From Octopus vulgaris (taxonomy: Eukaryota), in assembly GCA_951406725.2 (NCBI GenBank), contig OX597819.1:76012001-76076000 (forward strand): 64,000 nucleotides of DNA. The letters are read 5' to 3'. Within the stretch, counting starts at the first letter, position 1. The number at the start of each line of letters is the position of its first letter. The position numbers and the translations under genes are program-made. The notes under the pieces are model-generated. The model saw nothing but the letters and a program-made list of their open reading frames with translations, made no database searches and had not been told where the DNA came from. Shown here in pieces: positions 27,720-41,087 of this stretch.

Positions 27720-29075
27720 TCCTTAGTTTTGCTGGATCCATGTTTAGCAATCTTAATATAATATTTATATATTGACACATGACCTTCATCACTGGATGAT
27801 ATAGTGAACAGTATGAGAAAATAGTTGAAAGAGAACAATTAAATCTATACATGCTAAAACTGTAAGAATACAAAGTGATACATAATGTGGAAAGACAAAA
27901 CAAATATGAATATTTAGATAATGAAGAAATACATATGAAAATAAAAAATATATATAAATAGAATATAAATGGAACAGAACTGGCATGCAAACATTACCAC
28001 AGAAAACACTGCCTGAAGGAGAAAAGGAAATTAAGAAATATGAATGAGTAATAACATTCTGTCAGAAATAGATGAGTGAAAGAAAGACAAGAATAATGGT
28101 CACGAAATATAAAATACCCTAAATAAAGATATATGTTCTGAATGGAGAAAAGCAAAGTCTAAATGGCTGAACGATCAATGCCAAAGTTTGAAAGAAAAAT
28201 AAAACTAGTATAAATATGTATAATAAAACAATAAAGAATCACAGGTAGTAAATGCATGAGTAAACAAAGTGGTAAGATAAAGAGCGGAAAAGGAAGCATA
28301 CTATCTGTTCTTGAGACGGTAGCATCTATATGGGTTAAATACAAAAACAAATTGTACGCCGATGAAAATAGGCCGCTGCGCTTAAATTTGAAGCTACCGT
28401 CAGAAAGAAGATCTTCCAAGAAGTAGAAAAAGAAATAAAAATCAATGAACGATAGAAAGGCAACTGGTGCAAAGAAAATGACAGCAGAATCGATAAATAC
28501 TTTAGATAACCACAAACTAGATCTAATAAAAGACTTTTGCAATCAGAGTGGACTTATTATCAGCGAAGATGATGCGATATGTCTTTGCTGTATTATCAAA
28601 CTTTAGGAGCTTTAGATCCATATGCCAAATGAATGAGGAGATTAAACTATTATTATAAATTTTACAACAGTTATTGCAACAATGAATGAATACATGTGAG
28701 CTACAAAGTGATTTTATACCGGGAGTGGAAACACGCGAAAAAATACTTAACCTGGAAACCGTGTGTAAAAGAGTTCCAGAGATAAATGACAATGTTCATA
28801 ATATATGTGCTTTATAAACTGTAGCATTTTGACAGAGTAAAGATCACGGGATATGTGCTAAAAACCACCAAAATTATTTTAGGAGCAAATTGTAATGTAT
28901 GAAACGAACGGAGTGTAACTTTAGATATCAAAATTAAGGGGTTTGTGAAGACTGTATGATATTATCTAGCTTACTTAAACTATATACCAAGAAGTATTTC
29001 AGAGATATAGAAGACACACTATTAGTGTCGATAAGAAGTATGGCCTTCAGCAACTGTAAAAATACACGCGATACC
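27720..29075 (+). mobile_element. Second decayed RTE-like copy, inverted relative to 26215-27590
   Basis: catcactggatgatatagtgaacagtatgagaaaa (27787) is the reverse complement of the homologous stretch at 27482-27516. Homology can be followed to the YADD region. Confidence 0.75.
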
Positions 29076-30496
29076 TCCTTTATTTAGCTTTGACTTTCAT
29101 CCTACCAGGGTAAATAAAATTAGGTACTAGTCAATTTAATCCACTGTGTTCTGGCCCGCATAAATCGTAGTTTGGAGCTAATGCCCCAACTTGGGTAAAA
29201 TATGCACACTCACATATACATACAAATATGCATATGTGAGTAAGTGTGTAAGCGTGTGTATTTGAGTGTGCTACTGTGAGTGTATGTTCGAGTGTGTGTG
29301 TTTGTATTAAAATACTACTCCGCATCATCAACGGTGCTTCTACAAGCAGAGATATCTCCAGACCAACAACCATAAAAGATCTCCCCTTGTGACTGATTGG
29401 CATGAACTCTTACACAATCACAATTCAAAATATGACTGCCTCTTCTCTGTGTCTCCTACAGCCACCACCGTGGCTTTTGCTTCTTGGAGTTGGTTAATTT
29501 TCGTACCATACCCATTCGAGCAATCCCAGCACATCTCTCGTTAGCAATATTTCCGGTTAGTCCTCTAAAGTCCAGCAGCAACCTTATATGCAGTTCTTTC
29601 TTACCTTCACGCTGACTTTCTGCAATTACCGGTCTTATGCAGCTGTTCAAGAATAACATCTGTTTCATTAGTTTCGGTAGACTTACAAAAGCTAAATAAA
29701 TACTTCTTTCCTGGAAGCGACTGCATTAAAAATGAACCAGAGGATGCACGCGTCCGATGTTAATTTGCATAATTCGAGTAAAATTCTCTAAAAACAAAAT
29801 AAATATAATATATGAAATGAATGTTTACATAAATTATAAAAAACAAAAACAATAGTGATAAGTTTATTGGCCCTAAACAATTAGACTTCCTTTGAATAAC
29901 GACGGTGCCCCCTCGAGGGGAATGACATATGTAGGAAACTTGTAGTCTTCCACAAAAATATATCTTTACCCAGGCCGTGATCACAGATGGAAATAAAAGA
30001 AACTCATGAATTTGAAGTTTAGCAAACTAATGAGTTTGGAATTAGTAAACAATAGGAATCAATCTGAAAATTCAAATTTTAAATGATGCCTACGTTTTGT
30101 GATGGTAGGCGAACCCATCATATTAATCTCCCAGTAAGTAGAGGAGAGCGTAAACAGCGTCTGAGTATATATCATTGCGCGATTGTATGTAGTTGTGTAT
30201 GAATTTCCTTTTCTAAGCATATCTTTATCCATAACAGGGGAAATAAACCGAATATAATGCGGTCAAGTTCTAGGAAATGTTCAAATTAACACATCGGCTT
30301 CTGCTATGAATATTTGCCAAATGCTGTCATGGAAACAGGTAATGTTGGTCTTGTCATAGAAGTGATACTGTATTAGTGAAGCCGGAGAATGTTAGAGGAA
30401 CAGAATAGCACCGATTATAGAGTACAATTATGTATGGAAAAATGTATGCGCATATACATGCATTTATGTATGGAAGTGTGTATATATATATATGTA

Positions 30497-30551
<55 letters not shown>

Positions 30552-30887
30552 GTATATGTGTGTGTGTGTATGTATGTATGTATACACACAAACACATACA
30601 TATTACATGCATAGATACGTTTGTAATTTATTCAGAAGATTTTTATCTGTATACAACAATACTTATGGCGGTTTACCTGTGCCTGTCTCACTCTCTGTCA
30701 CATGTGTCTGTGCCTGTGAGTCCGTGTGTGTGCATCCGTGTATATGTGTAAGTACTTCGTTTGTCTCTCTCTTTTTATCTCTCAGATGACTGTCCCCATC
30801 TCTCACTCACGCGCACGTTGTGTGTCTCAGCGCGCTCGTGTGTGTGCATGTGCATGCGTCTGTGTATGTGTGTGTGCCTGTCTGTTG

Positions 30888-30922
<35 letters not shown>

Positions 30923-31741
30923 CACACATCAAGGAGAGGCTGTGTGTGAAATAGAGAAAGATTCGTATATGAAAGTATCGCATATATGTTCATTTGCACA
31001 TATGCATATGCATTTATGCATTAAGTAACACATGCGTACACACGCTTTCAGAAAAATACACAAACACGCCTAAGCACATACACACAGGCATACACAAACA
31101 CTCACAGATATATATTAATAGTTTAGAGAATGCGTGTGTTGTGTAAGTAATTGAAGTTATTTATCTGAAATTTCCTGTCAGTTTATAAAGAAGTGATTAA
31201 CTTTCATATATTATGATGTAATAACGATATAATAACTTTCCTATTTCTACTTCATTTCCTTGAATTTTCTTCTATATGAAGTAATTATTGTAATGTAATA
31301 GTATTGTCTCGAACAAAACAGTTGCACATATATTTGCAGACACATGAACTTCTCTGCATTATATCATATCTACGTAATGGCGGCTCACTGTGTAACCAAG
31401 CAACTCAAATACGCGTCAGCATAATGATCTGGATTTGTCATGACCTTATGAATATGAAAGAAATGGAGCATTGCTTATATTCTGAGTGCTTCTTATAGTT
31501 CATATCTCTTATATCCCTTAACATGTTGAGGTATATATATATATATATATAAATATGTGCGTGTGTGCACGTGTATGGAATTCATTTAGGGAATAGTTGA
31601 TCTTGAAGCTCATAAACAACAATTAATGCGCGTAAATACTGGGTTGAAAAAGGAAAACGGTTTTACATTCCAATATTTGAGTGACCATTATGTGCTTCAG
31701 TATTCATTGCTTCAAAAAATGAATTTTTTTCTCGTCCTTTC

Positions 31742-31782
<41 letters not shown>

Positions 31783-31986
31783 GTATGTATGCGTGTGTAT
31801 GTATTCGTTTGTCTATATATGTGTGTGTATATGTATACATACATATATATATATACATGCACACACTGTAGTTTTCCAACCTAATAAGTTGGGAGACCCA
31901 TCAGTAAATCTTTCGCTATTTTAATACCATCTACACCTGTACTTACCTTTTGTTGACTAATTTCTTATTTTAACGACCGGAGAGAT

Positions 31987-32909
31987 ACGAAATGCATTCC
32001 AGAGATTTTGAGGCTTTTAAGTGTGGTGGTTACTAATGACCTAAATTATTGTAATTTTAGTCCATCGTTACTATTCTTCTGATAATCTGACTTGCCAATA
32101 TTAGTTATTCCAGACTTAAGGAGACAGCTGCAACAGCACATTTAATACACCTTACTACATACTGCTTGCTGCAGTTGGCTAGTTTGCAGAATGCAGTTAG
32201 GCCGTGAAGGAAATTTAGAAGTTCGTTATGCAAGCAAGTTTAGTGTTAAATTAGACAGAAACGCATCAGAAACAAATGAATTGCTGAAGACTGCTTTTGG
32301 ATTAACTTGTATGAACCTAGTATCAGTTTTTATCTGGCACAAGAAGTTCAAGTCCAGTATAGAGGAATTGAGGGAAATTTGAGAAATGTAGAAGGATGTC
32401 AAACTATCAGAACTAGTTGAGACAATTCGAAATTTCTGGATGAGAGTATCGTGTGTCTATAAAGACAATAAGCATATAATTTGGACTTTGTGTGGCAAGT
32501 GTGCACAAAATTATTGAACATACGCAAAATCTGTACCAAGCTTGTTCCTCGGGGTGTTCAGTGACGAGCAGAAGGAAAAACACAGTGGTGTTAGCAGAAT
32601 GATGGTTGAGCTGAGTATCTCCAATCCAAATGAACTAGTTATCTGTGATGTACTGGTATGATCCAGAGACCAAGAGACAGAGTGCGCAGTGGGAGTATCC
32701 TGATTCAAGTAGGCCAAGCAAAACAAGTCCACTGGGAATCTCATACCAATCACCTTTTTCGACAGCAAGAGTATCACTAAATCCACCGAGTTCCCTCTAA
32801 CTGGACTGCCAAGAAGGAATACTTAGAGACTAGAACTCTTGCACTCCTGTTAGTGGCACCTGTTTCTGGACAATGCACCAGTTCACAATTTTATCTGAGT
32901 AACTTACTA

Positions 32910-32956
<47 letters not shown>

Positions 32957-33030
32957 TCAAGACTGTCCCTCACCCTCCCAACAGTCTAGACCTTGATCCT
33001 TGTGACTTTTTGGTTGCTCCCTAAGTTAGA
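31987..33030 (+). mobile_element. Decayed mariner-like transposon
   Basis: VRYASKFSVKLDRNASETNELLKTAFG (mariner HTH), AKSVPSL, LDNAPVH and HPPNSLDLDPCDF (YSPDLAP-D motif), with many stops and a (GA)n insertion. Confidence 0.75.
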
Positions 33031-34117
33031 ATCGTTTCTTGTAATTTTGATTCCGCGCTTTTGCACCTTTCGACATCTTCCAAGGCTTTGGGTGACGTCA
33101 AACCTTCCGAGGGAAGTTAGCTAGGCGGAAGTCAATCGGATGCGCAATATACATGCACATGTGCCGCCTACATGCACACATATATACAAATGCATACACA
33201 CACACACGCACAAATATGCGCGCACAAAGCTCACACACACACACTCAGATATGTATTGTACAGTTGTGTATATATGTATATCGGCAATCGGTTTAAATAT
33301 TGAAGAAAATATCTTGTGATATTTGATTATATGTTAATCTTTAACAACTGTTTATCTTTTAAATTTATGCAAATATAGAAATATAATGATTTCATATATA
33401 AAAAAAATTAAATTAAAATTGAGCTTAACATGGCCTTGCACTGCTCTGCCGCTTCTGTTTGATAACGTGACTCATTGAAGCACTCCCTAAAGATTAGCAT
33501 TATGATGTCATCACGCGTCGATCGAATTTTGAGATCGTGTTGAATCCTTACACGTTTTGTGCCATATTTCTACGGTTTCTCTTGAACATAACTCAATTAC
33601 GTAAACACAAGACTGAAAACATTTCAATTAAATTGTTCTAATTAACTTTAAGAAATCTATTTGCAATTTACTTTACGATTTATAACTTAAACAAATATAT
33701 TGAATTTATTCTTGCCTAATCTATGAACGAATCAAGAATATGTGTTTAGAGTATAAACAAATGAGTTGTTCAGAAATTACTTCGTATTCACTTGATTCAG
33801 TTTCGATTCAGCTGTGTTGCATGTTAGGTAATTGTTTCTACCGGAAGGCATCTCTCAGAAATTTTCCAATATTGTCTAATTAAATTATTTAATCAGTGAA
33901 TCATTTTTACACAGAGGCTATATCCTGACAGTCTTTCCAATATCTGATAAGTACGTGTTAGACTAAACTTAGGCTAAGAGATACAATCAAATAGAATCGC
34001 GTCGCGAGTTTCCACCATACATACGAAAGATCAAACTGACTTGTCATCGCATATACCAGTTTATATTGTAATATTTTTAAGTTTCGGTGTCCCTTAACTT
34101 CCCTTTCTTGTCAATAA

Positions 34118-34470
34118 TCTTTTTATTGTTTACTCATTTTAGTCATGGGATATTGACCATGCTGCAGCACTGACTTGAAGTGTTTAGTCCAAGAAATTGA
34201 AGTCAGTACTCACTTCTTTAGTTTAGTACTTATTCTATCCATCTCTTGCTGAAGTGCTGAATTTCGGGGATGTATACAAACCAACACCAATTGCGAAGCA
34301 GTGGGGGGAAACAAATACTTAAAGCAAGCACGCACACATACATACAAAACTGAACGCGCGCGCACACACACACATAGTTGCACACAATGGGCTTCCAAAA
34401 GTTTCCGTCTGCCAAATACACTTACAAGACCTTGGCCGCTCTGTGCCTGGCAACAGAACTTTACATGTGC
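34118..34470 (-). mobile_element. Degenerate SINE family C
   Basis: gaccatgctgcagcactg...gtttccgtctgccaaatacacttacaagaccttgg is homologous to 24130-24400. Confidence 0.65.
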
Positions 34471-35225
34471 GGGTGCAAAGCGAGTGAGCTTCGTGCAATT
34501 TAAATTCATTAACAATTCTCTTTAATTAAACACATTAAATGTCATGAATTTCAGAATATCCCTTTTATTATAGATTCGTGTGAACCCATGATTTGGGTAA
34601 GCTTAGTAGGTTGTCGAGTTTAACAATATTCACTTCAGCAAAGTCCACTCTCCTGCAAGCAATAATACTGACCAGTACGCCTCTCTGAGTATAACGTGAT
34701 ATGCTGGTGCATGTTTACTTATGTAGACTAATGTAGCAATTCACTGATGTGACCTCGTTTCTTCAGCATTCCTTTCAATCAATTTCTGTATAAATATTAT
34801 AGTCGTTGCATTGCTTCGTACTAAAATATCACACACACATAAAACAACAAGAAACAAACAAATGTAAATGATTAGACGAAGAAAATATGGTTGTCTGACT
34901 AATGAAAGACTAAGATAAATGTACATGTTCCTATTGACAACTCTATGCAAAGCCCACCATAGTGTACATACAGTACTACAAAATATACTCTATACTATTC
35001 CACAATAAATTGCTCATTACACGGATTTATCTCTTGAATCCAAGTCACCTTATCTGTATCGTCCCGTTCATACTATCTTATAGATACAAAGAATAAAGCT
35101 TCAAAATTGGTATGAGACATTTGAAGGATTGCTATAGACCAAGTGTTCGGCTTGTTTTTAACCTAAAATTTACATGCTATTATTTATATTTTTATTTGCT
35201 ACGGGACCAACATTTCCGCAAATAA

Positions 35226-35298
<73 letters not shown>

Positions 35299-35322
35299 GG
35301 TGTGTGTGTGTGTATATATATA

Positions 35323-35843
35323 CAGTGTGGGCCAAAATTAGTATCGCAACTTGAGTTTTTGGAAAATCCAACGTTTTCGTAGATGCTAAACGAGGAAGTT
35401 TCTTACGCACTTCTCATAATGAGGAGGTGCCCTCCCTTACACAAAGATTTTGGAATGACGGTGTCGAAAATACGGCCAGATGATGGTTTCACACAACGCC
35501 TGGTAACGATCACCATTCATCGTCTCTTGTTGAATATAGAATGCACAAATTCCTGAAGACGATATCGCCGCCCAAATGACTAAGGAAAGTGAATTGACTT
35601 GCTTTTCCTAAACCACTTTAGGGCCATCTTCTGAAAAATAGAAGCTGTTAGGGCGGTTGATGTAACCGGAAATATGGAAGGTCGCTTCATCAAAGAAAAT
35701 GAGTCGATCAAAAAATCTGGATTCTCTGGGTTCTGCCAGCATTCTCTCACGAATGACATATAGAAATAATAACAGCATGCATCAAGAAACCACAGAACTA
35801 ATAAGCACATAAATATGGGGCACTGATTTTAGCCCACCCTCTG
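35323..35843 (-). mobile_element. Internally deleted IS630-Tc1-mariner element
   Basis: Imperfect TIRs cagtgtgggccaaaattagt / actgattttagcccaccctctg within TA/TG tracts. Minus-strand IWAAISSSGI...ETMNGDRYQ...GAPPHY transposase remnant. Confidence 0.65.
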
Positions 35844-35851
35844 TCTGTGTT

Positions 35852-35913
<62 letters not shown>

Positions 35914-35944
35914 TGCATATACATTTATAAATGTGTATATATAT

Positions 35945-36205
35945 AATTAACATAAACACTAAGACGCAATATAAGACCACAAATGAAAAACTTAATCGTC
36001 ACTAATTGTGACTGAGGGTGCTAAAGCACCTATGTTGCAAAAAAAGCTCTTAATGCTTTATGAAGTGTATACTGACAGGGGAGATAACCGCCCCATGAGC
36101 GAATCTAAGAGCATTGAACTAGACTAAATTTGTCTATCAGTCGAAGACTCGTCAGCAGTGACTACTCATTCGCCTGATGGCTAAATCGGTCAGTCAGTAT
36201 ACACA
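35945..36205 (-). mobile_element. Second, diverged copy of the hammerhead-bearing unit
   Basis: aatcgtcactaattgtgactgagggtgc...ctgacaggggagataacc...ctcgtcagcagtgactactc aligns with 7892-8081. The core reads CTGACGA gtct-tcgactgat-agac AAAT (GAAA decayed). A 12-bp IR gtgtatactgac/gtcagtatacac closes 36065-36204. Confidence 0.6.
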
Positions 36206-36373
36206 TGGTATTTTATTGCACCTAGTTGCTCATGTCAATTTTTATCATACACATAATTAGTCACTGACTGCCCTGCTTATTTCTAACATTGCCTCTCCTC
36301 GACAGTATAATGAGAAACGAAGATAGGTGTTACTTGGCAATCTTTTATTCCAACTATTACATTTTTTTCAGCA

Positions 36374-36493
36374 TTTCAGTATTCGGCAGCAGATGATATC
36401 ACACTACTGATGCGGGCAGTAGGTGCAGATTATAAGTCAGTCATGAAGCAAACACATCTTCAGACAATCGCTAAAAATTGCCGAATACTGAAA
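36374..36493. repeat. 120-bp MITE-like inverted repeat
   Basis: Perfect 15-bp IR tttcagtattcggca (36374-88) / tgccgaatactgaaa (36479-93). Confidence 0.6.
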
Positions 36494-37599
36494 CATGTAA
36501 GAATTAGAATAACAATTAGAATAATAATAACGTCCTTTACTGTTATTATTAGTGATGTGCTCTTTGTATTATGTCATATCACATATCCCACCATTGGATA
36601 CGGACAAATTATGTACAAGTGGTAGTTTAACGCGATAATATTAGAGCCGAAACATGTGATTTAATTGTTGCACGTCAGCGCATCTGATCATACCCCCCCA
36701 CACACATATATTCTCTCTATGTCGTACTTCTTTCTCACATTCTATGTCTTCGACAGTGTTTTTGGTTTCTTTCTTTATCTTTGTTTTTACCTATTCTTTT
36801 TCTATTTCTTACTGCACATATTTATTGTAAGCTTCCTATGGTGTCTTACAAATTAATTACAAACGAAAGTTTTGGAAGGTTTATGTTATACTTTTTCAAA
36901 ATCAACCGACTCCGTTATGATAACAAATATATTTTATTTTCCGAACGTCTAACTGAATTACTGAGTCGGAAATCAAGAAACATTTTTATTGCTCCATACA
37001 GTTCATACACATTCACAAATACCTGTAGATGCAAAGAAAGTAAATACCTCGTAAACTGAAAGGAAACCATGCGGTGTACTTGGTTTACCGGAGACTTCTT
37101 TCATATGCAGAAATCAATAGAACAAAGTTTAAAAATTCCTTTGTGTTTAAAGGCTACGGTCATATTGAAATTACAGACACAGAGGAAAATTGTAGAAGAA
37201 ATGGTTGAACTGAGAATTGAACCTGTGTCACGAACTCGACACACCGGAAGCATTCAATTACTTTTTGTTTGAACTGGCCAGCAGATATTCATATCGTATA
37301 ATATTCACTTGAATACACTGTAATGTTTTATCGCACAGGGACTTAATGTCTCGTAGCATATGTAATAAATTTACCGATATCAAGTGTTTTAAAATATCAC
37401 GAGAATATACCCATGGTATTGCAAACAATAGAGATTTCAGAATCGCGAATTCATCCGAGCAGAGAAAATTATAGTTTTCGTCGTGGGATTTTAAAATGTT
37501 GTCCGTGTTAATGCGTAAGCCACAGTGGATTTTGCTTGGTTCATCGCCAATGACTGAGTGGTGTGTAAAATGTGAAGTATTTTATAATATATAAGAGTA

Positions 37600-38014
37600 A
37601 TGGTGAGTGAAGAAGAGACAAAAAGACAGAGAGAAAAAGAGAGAGTGTGTGAGAGAGTGTGGGAGAGAAACAAAGAAAGAGATGGGAAAACAATGAGATA
37701 GAGTAGGAGAGACAAAAATACTATCAGAAGGAAAGACATGGGGAGAGAGAGATAAAGAGGGAGAGACGGAGAGAGAGAAAGAGGTAGAGAGAAGGGGAGA
37801 GAAAGAGAGAAAGATAGAATCAGAGCAAAAATGTACGCTAGAGAAAAATGGCAAAGAAAAGATAGAGAGACACGTGAAAGCGCGAGAGGAAACGGAAAAG
37901 AAACAATCTCTGTGTGAGAAAGGAAGAAAGAAAACGAAAAATCTGAAGGCGGAGAGATAAGCAAGATATAATTTGGAGAGAGAGAGAGAGAGAGAGAGAC
38001 CGAGAGAGAGAGAG

Positions 38015-38048
<34 letters not shown>

Positions 38049-38380
38049 TGCGAAGGAGAGGAAGGGAGAGAGAAAGAAAGAGAAGACAGAGAAGAATGAG
38101 AAACATGGGAAAAAGAACCCGAGTGGGAAAAGGCAACAGAATAAATAATGAACGGATAAAGTATAGGGTGAATATAGCGGACAAAGGAGAAGAATGAAAG
38201 GTAAAAGTAAAAGGTGAGTGAAAGGAAAAAATAACAGTAAGATCGTCTGAGAGAAAGGGACAAAAAGAAAGAGAAAGAGAGAGAGAGAGAGAGAGGTGAG
38301 AAAAAGAGATAAAGAGAGAGAGATGGTGATAGAGAAGGAAATCTGGAAACGAAGAAAGTAAAGAGACTGAAAAGAAAGTA
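37600..38380. repeat. Purine-rich (GA)n-derived low-complexity tract
   Basis: Direct reading. About 780 bp, strongly A/G-biased on the + strand. Confidence 0.9.
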
Positions 38381-38453
38381 GCAGCTATATAATGGATTTA
38401 TTTATTTCGATTTAATATTAACAACACCAGCAACAACATTAATGATAATGATC

Positions 38454-38493
<40 letters not shown>

Positions 38494-38495
<2 letters not shown>

Positions 38496-40189
38496 GTTAC
38501 GGCAAAACGATCAGCCACCTTTTATATATGGATGACCTAAAACTATACGCTGCAAATGACAAACAGCTGGAAACACTATTAAAGACAGTTCATGGATTTA
38601 CCAAAGAAATAGATATGAAATTTGGATTAGAAAAATGCGCCAAAGTAACCATGAAAAGAGGAAAACTAGTTAAGAGTAACAACATCACACTAGATAAAAC
38701 CAATGAAATAAAAGAATTAGACCAAAGCCAAACTTACAAATACTTAGGAATCCATGAACTAGATAAGACACAACACACACAAATGAAAGAGAAAATAAAA
38801 AAAGAATATTATAGACGAGTTAGATCAATACTAAACACAGAGCTCAATGCTAAAAACAAGATAATAGGTATCAACACTTTAGCTGTCCCAGTTATAAGTT
38901 ACAGCTACAATATCCTTAACTGGACACGAAATGAACTGACCAAAATAGATAGGAAAACAAGAAAAATAATGACAGGATCTAGGATGCATCACCCAAAATC
39001 TGACATAGAAAGACTATATATACAACGTATAGAAGGTGGTAGAGGCCTTATACAGCTGGAAAACTACTATAAAATAACCACCATAGGACTGCAAAAATAT
39101 CTACTTCAGAAGGAAGGAAAACTGATCCAGATAGCGGCAAAACACGAGCAAAACAAAAAACTGTTCTCAGTATTTAAGGAAGCTGACAAATACAAACAAG
39201 AAATCATACCACCTAACAAACATGAAGAAGAAGGAGAAGAAGAAGATGAAGAAACAACAAAAGCTATAAAACAAATGAAATCCAAACTAAAAACAGAACA
39301 GCAACGAACCATGATAAAACGATGGCAAGAAAAGCCCCTTCATGGTAAATATTGCACTAAACTAAACGCAAAAGAAATAGACAAAGAAAAATCCCAGCAA
39401 TGGTTGAGAAGCTCAGGACTCAAAGCAGAAACAGAGGGATTTTTAATTGCAGTACAAGACCAAAGCCTCCCCACCAGAAATTACCAAAAACATGTAATGA
39501 AAAGAAATATTACAAGTAACTGCAGAATATGTGGAGATGGACAAGAAACAATAAATCATATTATCTCTAGCTGCCCAGTCCTGGCTAAGAAGGAATATAT
39601 TCACAGACATGACAGAGTTGGAACCTACATACATTGGAAGCTATGCCAACATTATGAAATAACAACAGAAAAAAGATGGTATAGGCACACACCAGAAAAG
39701 GTCACAGAAAACGAGAAAGCAACCATACTCTGGGATATGCCGATACACACAGATAGAGAAATTAAGGCCAACAGACCAGATATAGTTGTCAGAGATCATG
39801 AAGAAAAAAATGCTTTTTAATTGATGTATCAATACCGGCAGATGACAACGTGTCTCTAAAAGAAATGGAGAAACTCTCAAAATACAAAGACCTGGAAATA
39901 GAGGTAACTAGAATGTGGAATCTGAAAACAGAAACAATTCCTATCATAGTAGGTGCATTAGGCATGATAAAAAAATATTCAGACAAATACATAACAAAAA
40001 CACCAGGACTTACAAACACATATAACATACAGAAAATTGCACTACTAGGCACTGCCCACATCCTACGCAGAACACTTTCCATACAATAACCATCAGAGCA
40101 TCACAACAAATCACAGCACATACCCAAGGCACACAGAGCTGCGCTCGGTAGTGAAGTGAAAGCACGCTATAAAAATAAAAATAAAACTA

Positions 40190-40192
<3 letters not shown>
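38494..40192 (+). mobile_element. R4/Dong-like RLE non-LTR retrotransposon, 5'-truncated, inserted in (TAA)n
   Basis: SHLLYMDDLKLY RT motif, YKYLG, RIEGGRGL, CCHC knuckle CRICGDGQETINHIISSC, RHD, RPDIVV...LIDVSIP...KLSKY. (TAA)n on both sides (38455-38493 and 40193-40221). Confidence 0.93.
38495..40089 (+). pseudogene. RT C-terminal half + zinc knuckle + restriction-like endonuclease
   Basis: ORFs 38528-39820 and 39850-40089 are joined by one frameshift in the A-run at ~39803-39810. Confidence 0.9.
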
Positions 40193-40223
<31 letters not shown>

Positions 40224-40402
40224 TTATTTCCTCTACTTGTGACCAAGATACAATAAATATGTTTTTGTTGGTGACACATAAATGAGGAAGTAACGGAGAT
40301 AACATGCAGTCAATAAAAAAAGAAGAGAATATGCAAGGAAATACACGTTGATCTATCTTTCTCTCTCGTTCTCACTCTCTCTTGTATATACATATACATG
40401 TA

Positions 40403-40440
<38 letters not shown>

Positions 40441-40441
40441 C

Positions 40442-40499
<58 letters not shown>

Positions 40500-40505
<6 letters not shown>

Positions 40506-40613
40506 ATCACGTGACCGACCAGACCATCAGATGTTGTTACACATCGCTGGTCACAATGCGTTCGCATTGTTTTAGCCTTCGAATGACGCCACCCCGCTGG
40601 CTAAGCGAGCAGG

Positions 40614-40618
<5 letters not shown>
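40500..40618 (+). mobile_element. Short GC-richer insert in (TA)n, probable LINE/SINE 3' end
   Basis: About 118 bp between two TA arrays. It begins with the palindrome cacgtgatcacgtg and ends ggctaagcgagcaggccaa. Confidence 0.5.
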
Positions 40619-40671
<53 letters not shown>

Positions 40672-40756
40672 GATAACAAGGGTAGAAATTGATGCTAATC
40701 AATTAAAACTAGTGGCTTAGCATATTTAAAAGTCCGAAGATTAAAAATTGTGTTAC

Positions 40757-41022
40757 ATACAAAATTAAGAGGAATGTCCACTAAAGTGAACACCCTATAT
40801 GCTAAACATAGACGTCAAATTGCCATTACCACGAAGAATATGTTCTGAAGAAAACAATCCCACCAAAACGCTAAAATTTAAAAATGAGTAAGACAAATGA
40901 AAACGCCTATCTTCGTTTTGCTGGCAATTTTTTCTTGAGAACATATTCTTCATGGTAATGGCGATTTGACGTCTATGTTTAGCATACAGGCTGTCCACTT
41001 TAGTAGCCATTCCTCTTAATTT

Positions 41023-41027
<5 letters not shown>
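40757..41027. repeat. Fold-back hairpin, 114-bp arms, 43-bp spacer (PLE pLTR-like)
   Basis: atacaaaattaagaggaatg...accaaaacg (40757-40870) vs cgttttgctgg...cattcctcttaattttgtat (40914-41027). Confidence 0.9.

Positions 41028-41087
<60 letters not shown>

Noticed and set aside
37491-38263. Hydrophobic L/S/F-rich minus-strand ORFs resembling membrane proteins
   Set aside because: They come from the (GA)n/(TC)n low-complexity tract.
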